A DNA stretch of 63,786 nucleotides, counting the filler, from Bigelowiella natans CCMP2755 (lineage: Eukaryota > Protista > Cercozoa), in the NCBI GenBank assembly GCA_000320545.1. It is 10 parts of 10 records of this genome, joined end to end, with 100 filler letters (N's around TTAATTAATTAA, not from the genome) between each part and the next. Parts side by side here need not be neighbours in the genome. Positions count along the whole stretch, not along the records: positions 55,433 to 57,468 come from ADNK01001651.1; positions 57,569 to 63,786 come from ADNK01001726.1; 8 more parts are not named here. The stretch is one strand, 5' to 3'. Below the pieces are notes generated by a model. It saw nothing but the letters and a program-made list of their open reading frames with translations, searched no databases and was not told the DNA's origin. This document shows positions 57,401-63,786 of the stretch, piece after piece. Each line of letters opens with the position of its first letter. Position 1 is the first letter of the stretch. The position numbers and the translations under genes were made by a program.

Positions 57401-57568
57401 ATTCCTCCTGACTGTACCGAGCCGATCGAGTTGTACAGACGGATGTGGTAACACCAAGTCATAACAGCNNNNNNNNNNNNNNNNNNNNNNNNNNNNNNNN
57501 NNNNNNNNNNNNTTAATTAATTAANNNNNNNNNNNNNNNNNNNNNNNNNNNNNNNNNNNNNNNNNNNN

Positions 57569-57704
57569 GGAATCTCCCTAAAATATATATGTATATTTCT
57601 TCTTGCTTTTTATATATTTGGGTGATTTGTGAGTGTGTGTGTGTGTGTATAGATATAATATAAGATAGTCCGGTGGATAGAAGAAAGCAGCGGTGGTCGG
57701 TGGT

Positions 57705-57745
<41 letters not shown>

Positions 57746-58386
57746 TACAATGTGTTTTAAATTTGGTCACAGTGGTTGTAATATCATCCTAAGAATGGCA
57801 ACAACGGGTTGGTTGGCTCGATCTTGATAATTTTACCTAGTAGTATTTTTCCCCCATATATATATGTTGGCAGTTTACACATCTCCCTCCTGCTCCTCCT
57901 CCTCCTCCTCCTCCTCCTCCTCCTCCTATTTCTCCTACTTTCTGACAATATTATACAGGCAGTTTCACAAATCTCCCTTCTCCTATTGCACGGTTGGTTG
58001 GAACATCATTGATTTTAGAACCACCACATACAAATCAACAACTCAAGGAAAAACAAACACGCAATTTACAATTGTTCGCGACAAATTTTATCCATTGAAT
58101 AAAAATATATACACTCATTAAGCTGCGCAGCAGGGTACTACCAATATGTCATCGAGTGCGTACGTACGTACGTACTAATAGCGGTCGTATCATTGCAAGA
58201 GATCATATTTAATTTACTTGATACATAGTGATATGATGATGATGGTGATGATGAAGGGTGACTTTAGTCTGTCGTTTTTAATAATGATTCATACAATAAT
58301 ACCCAACAATAGATATGGTGAAGGATTTTGGTCTTCAGTAACGATCGTGTTCTTCGCGTAGGGCTGCTTTCTCCTTCTCTCTCTCT

Positions 58387-58432
<46 letters not shown>

Positions 58433-58647
58433 CTAACCCTCCCCGCTTTCCCTACTACGACGTGTTTTCTCTGCTCTCTTCTTCACCAATGGCATCTTCT
58501 ACTACTATCAAATAGTTTTTGATCCTTTACCATACAACCACCATATTCTCAGAAAATAAATAATAATAGATTTGTTTATAAGAATTCAATTTTCATATTT
58601 CTCATTACTCGGATTATATTTTTTGTTTACTGATTACAACCTTATAT

Positions 58648-58689
<42 letters not shown>

Positions 58690-60568
58690 GCTTTCACTGC
58701 AGATTCAATTGCCATACCAATATCTTTTCAATATATTCTTCTTTGAAGTACCCACTTCTCACTCGAATGAAGAAGGTCATAGATAATAAAAAAGAGAGAG
58801 TAACAGCAGAGAAGAAGATGGATGGAGGGATGGTGAAAACAGAGGACCACAGGGATATTAAATGCATTCGTTCTGTCATATTTGTCATTGAATTCTTTGT
58901 TTTTAAAAAATACTACTACTGCTACAATATGATTCCTCACTTATTACCAGGTTACATTAAGATCAGTGGTTTTAGAAGTAGTATTGTACTCGGCTGTAGC
59001 AGTATCTGGATATATTCTGTTTAAGTCGGGGACTAAAGGTATGTTTGATGTAGTACTTGAATTAGTACTAGTGTTATTTGGTGAATTAACTGTAATAGTA
59101 GTATAGTATTTGTGGGGCATTGATCATAGTAGTACTTCTTATGATAGGTAATTAGATAGTAGAGATGATGATATCACCTATTACAACAAGAACAACAAGA
59201 AGAAGAAGAACAACAACAACAACACATATAGGCAATTGTGGTGAAGCAGTAATCGTAGTAGTCGTAGCTGTAGTAGGGATGATGGCATTACTAAACAATG
59301 AATAATGACAACCATTCACAGGAAATATCCTGGAAAACTTCCCCGTTTCTGATGGCCTAGTGACGACATGCAAAGGTTGCCCGATTGTATGTGTACTAAT
59401 CAAGATATTTCTGCTATTGTTGTTGTAAAGAAAATAAATAACAATACCTACACACCACGGAAGAAAGAGGGGAGGAAAGAAAAGAAAAAGAATAAAAGAG
59501 CAGATACTAATAATCTACAATCAAAAGAATCAAGTAAACAGAAGGCACTGTACTGGCGTATTCGTTTTCCAGTGTCATACGTCGTTGTAACGTTGTTATC
59601 ACATTCAATATTCAATTAGGAGCTGTCGGATTGACTCTGATACTGAATCTTCCTCTTTGTAAGTCGCTAATAATAGAATTGCAATTAGTAATAATAAAGG
59701 ATTTGGTCATCAAAGCTGTTGTTATTACCTCACATGCACAAGTACCCGAGTAGAAATAGCAGTCCCATAAATCCATCATCTATCAAGTTACTACGTAAGT
59801 AAAAGGGGTGAGTGTATGTGCTCATATGCCCATTTTTATCTTTTCTTCTTCTTCTTCTTTCACTAATAATACAATAATCAGGCATGCATCCAATGAGAGA
59901 AAACTTCTTCGCCATGATAAGCAGATTATTCTATTCGAATGCTGCAAGGTAGATAGATCATCGGCAATTTACACTTGCAATAGCTGCTGTTTTATGGAGG
60001 GGGGGTAGCAGAGATGTTATTAATATGAATTATACACCACTACTCACCGAAGAAGAAGACTCACATCATCATCATCATCATCATCATCATTGGGGAGAAA
60101 GCACCCACCCACCCCCCCCTATGAATATACAAACAATCAATACGTTGTCGTTGTGATCAATTATTAAAATTCGTATTTTGTGTGCTTTTGACGCTCTAGC
60201 AAACGAAGATCTGAAAATACACTGAACAGCAATGCATATGATATCGATATCTACGATCAAGATGGAATTTATGATGATAATGATGATGCTAAAATCATCG
60301 GTATTACTTTCTAGTAGTAAAAATGGTGATAAGTTGAGTAATAGTGTTATAATACATGGACAGCTATCAAATAATCTTGATATCTTAATAGATAAGAAAA
60401 AATTTCCCTCGTCTGTTTAATTGAGAATATTGTATAAAATAAGAATTTGACGACTGATTGCATGTAAAAAATATAACGCCAACCGTGTTTAAAGTGTACA
60501 CAAACAAAAATCATTCTATTTTTTGTTAAGCTATTTATTTTTCAGATGCAAATATACAGATAATATTA

Positions 60569-60608
<40 letters not shown>

Positions 60609-61053
60609 ACATATTAAAGTATGCACTAGCCGATAATTATGAATACAAACTATCAGCTACACCACCGCTGTCATATCAATCCACCCCCAAACTTCGTGGA
60701 ATGGGAACTCCAAAGCTAGGTACTAGTCCGGCAAGAAGAAGAAACAACAAGAACAACAATATTGAAGCAGGAGAGAGAGGAGAAGAAGGAGGAATAGCAT
60801 TTGATGATGATCTACAGGCTGCTGCTGCTACTGCTGCTACCGGTGATATGATACGTAGACAGACGATGACAGATAGTAGTAGTAGGAGGAGGAGGAGGAG
60901 GAGGAGAGTGGTAGTAGTGATTGCAGTGATGATTGGACAACAGAAGAAGAAGAAGAAGAAGAAGAAGAAGAAGATGGTGACAATACAGCTGTTAGGTAGG
61001 AGGAGGACGATGGTAAAATTAGTGGTACTAGGAAAGAGAAGAAAGAGAGGGGG

Positions 61054-61102
<49 letters not shown>

Positions 61103-61954
61103 GTTTGCTCATCCACTAGCAATATAGATGATGATATTTTAGAGAAAAATGATGCCACCAACACTAAGTAATCGTGATGATGATAATGATTCAACAAATT
61201 ATGCAAGACAATTGATTCCTTTTTATTTTTCTATCTCGGCCATAAATCATCATTGTTGGGATGTTCTTCCATCAAAGATATGGATGGTGGTGGTGGTGGT
61301 GGTGGGGTCTCTAGCCAAAGGACTGCTGCTGCTGCTGCACGGGAACAGCAGCAACGACGACAATTCATGCCTAATCCTTCGCCTCAAATGCATGTGGTAG
61401 TAATTGCAAAGGATAATGATTTATTTAGCACCACCACTACCACCACAGTCGCAATACAAAAGCAGTAGCACGATTGAATGAGCCAACTACAGATATTCTA
61501 AGAGAAGCTATTGCTGCTGCTATATTTGCTACTGACTGATGATGATGAAGATGATGATGATGATGATGATAGGAAACAGCACTACTGAAGAGAGGAAGCA
61601 TGCATCATCATCGTCATCAAATGTTGTATCTATTTCCCAACGATGATATAATTAGGGTTAAGATATATGTACAACTACTACTAGATAGCAACACTAATTT
61701 TCATGGGAGGAGCTCTATATCTTGGATTGAATGTACCCGGAGTCGATACGGTCTCTACTACTCATTAACATGTCATAAACAACAACTACTATTGCTACTG
61801 CTACTATTACAGCTAATCAACACTATTATGATGTATATGGTCAGTAGGGGTATTAATTACCTGCTGCTGTTCTTTCCCATCATTATCTTCTCTTCTGAGC
61901 ATCCTTGATTGTTACCTTAAAAAGGGTTGTTATTTATAATTTGTTACTACCATT

Positions 61955-61985
<31 letters not shown>

Positions 61986-62601
61986 GGTGTTCAGTTTTAT
62001 AATTTGTTACTACCATTATTATTATTCTTAGGTGTTCAGTTTCTAGGAGCGACAGCTTGTCTTGGCACTTCATTCGTATTTCCCATTCTCATGTACACTA
62101 CTAAATTTAACATTCTTGAGCAGCTTATTAAGCACCCATCAAAAATATTTGAACCAAGCAAAGCACGTAAATCTTTAATCATGCACATAATAATAAGCAA
62201 CAGAAAAGATGCAGATTGATGATGGAATGTGCTTTATCTTGTTCAAGGTACCTTACTGTTATCGATAGAAAACTCAAAAGGTACACAGTCTGAAAGGATG
62301 ATGAAACATGGCTATTTTGAAGATTCTTGTGATTCATTCATTTATTTGTGTCTTTCATCGTATTTATCCGATGAGTTTAATGATTAAAGATTCATGAATT
62401 ACAGGGAGAGTGAAGCTGTTCGTTTTCGCTGCAAATTGGGATGTTGGTGTTTGCTCATCGTTTTAGTGGCTATTGGTAAGTGATGAACATTTCTAACAGT
62501 AACATCTGTAGAAGGAAAGTTAAACATTGATTTTGCGCACGTCAGGCATTCTCAGTGTGGTTGATTCAGCAATTAAAATCAGCAACCAAAGCAAAGTATG
62601 A
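57569..62601 (+). CDS. SLC38/AVT-type amino-acid transporter (Aa_trans), many small exons; 5' end in the gap
   Basis: FWSSVTIVFFA|FNCHTNIFSIYSSLKYPLLTRMKK|VTLRSVVLEVVLYSAVAVSGY, GNILENFP, LTLILNLPL|CMHPMREN, FLGATACLGTSFVFPILMY, FLVAIGILSVVDSAIKISNQSKV* (stop 62601). Confidence 0.85.
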
Positions 62602-62649
62602 GGAACATGGTGCACCAGTTTTAGCAAATGTTGTTTGTTGACAATGCTT

Positions 62650-63639
62650 AGAATGTGTCATTTCACCTTCAAACGGACAGTGTTGACTGGCGCAGCATGT
62701 GCATGCATCGCGCGGAAAATCATCCATTTTCGATTCACACTTGGACGCTTCGTCGGTCACACTTCGCAGAAACGATGCATGCACCCAGCAATGATCATGC
62801 TAGCATGGCACTGCCCGACCGTGAAAGAATTTGCAAGTAGCAAACGCTTGGAGTGAGTTTCAATGCATGCTGTGCCTCCATCCTGTCGAGTTGTTTGTGA
62901 CAAACAAAGGCATTCGCACATCGATTGAACAGTTGCACCGACAAACAAAGGCATTCAATTGAGCACCACCCACAAAAGTTCTGCTTGACCAAAAACACTT
63001 CTGAGCCGACTTCGATTCAAAATGATGTCCACCGTGGCATCGTCAGCAGCATTCCGAGCACCGCGTGCAACAAAATGCACGCGCAAATTGCTTTGCACGT
63101 GTGCGTGATCATTGGAGTTGATCAGGGTTGAGGTTCAAGACAAGGGTTGCGTGATGTGCAATTTGCAAACTGCATGCATGCAGGTTGGGGTTTGGGTTCT
63201 TTTCTGGACCAAGGGCGAAATGACGCTCGAAACGAGAAAGTCAGAGCAGTGAGGAAAATTGGCAGCAAAAAATCGACCAGGGTTTTTGAAGGAAAAAAAA
63301 ATCAGGACAAGTCCAGAAGTGTCGAGGCAAGTGGCAAGGGATTGCGGCACATGGCACATCATCAATGCACACAAAAAGGATGTGGAGGGTGCAAGTGATC
63401 GGTGTTTGCACGGTCATTCGATGTTGAGGGTTCAGGTGAGCGGTCAGGTGAAGATTGGGAATTGGGATCAGAGATTGCGGTCAGGGGTCAGGTTGAGGAA
63501 GTGAATTGAGGTCAGGGATCAGTCAGGGATCGGGGTCAGGGATCAGGCTCAAGGGTCACGTTGAGGGTCAGGGTCACGTTGAGGGTCAGGGTTAAGGTTA
63601 CGTTGAGGGTCAGGGTTAGGGTCACGTTGAGGATTAGGA
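62650..63639. other. Subtelomeric TpA-free zone with degenerate telomere-variant repeats
   Basis: No TA in 62840-63592; TCAGGG, TTGGGG, TGAGGG and GGGTCACGTTGAGGG units. Confidence 0.9.
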
Positions 63640-63786
63640 TTAGGGTTAGGGTTAGGGTTAGGGTTAGGGTTAGGGTTAGGGTTAGGGTTAGGGTTAGGGT
63701 TAGGGTTAGGGTTAGGGTTAGGGTTAGGGTTAGGGTTAGGGTTAGGGTTAGGGTTAGGGTTAGGGTTAGGGTTAGGCTTAGGGTTA
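63640..63786 (+). repeat. Telomere (TTAGGG)n, chromosome end
   Basis: Near-perfect tandem TTAGGG (one TTAGGC variant) to the end of the window, G-rich strand running 5'->3' outward. Confidence 0.98.

Overview
The window is the right end of a eukaryotic (protist-like) nuclear chromosome and ends in a correctly oriented (TTAGGG)n telomere. It has GT-AG introns, many microsatellites and nine 100-bp scaffold gaps containing an artificial TTAATTAATTAA linker. Recognisable genes are a secreted Cys-repeat (ShK-like) protein, a class-3 lipase, two EF-hand proteins, VID27, a pseudo-E2 (UEV) protein, WD40-like proteins, two Aa_trans amino-acid transporters, an NHL-repeat protein and a TEY MAP kinase. 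A young Ty1/Copia retrotransposon is also present. The most striking signal is in non-coding DNA: bounded 0.7-1.6 kb domains just downstream of gene 3' ends and next to the telomere have lost almost all TpA dinucleotides, apparently converted to TpG/CpA. CpG is retained in these domains and CTAG is spared or enriched. Proximal telomere repeats read TCAGGG/TTGGGG, relic ORFs are Tyr-free and His/Cys-rich, and non-CTAG TpAs survive at Tyr codons of a real exon. This suggests a localised TpA-directed T>C (A>G) mutational or DNA-modification system, opposite in direction to RIP and positionally reminiscent of base J; the mechanism is inference. All counts and exon boundaries are manual reads.
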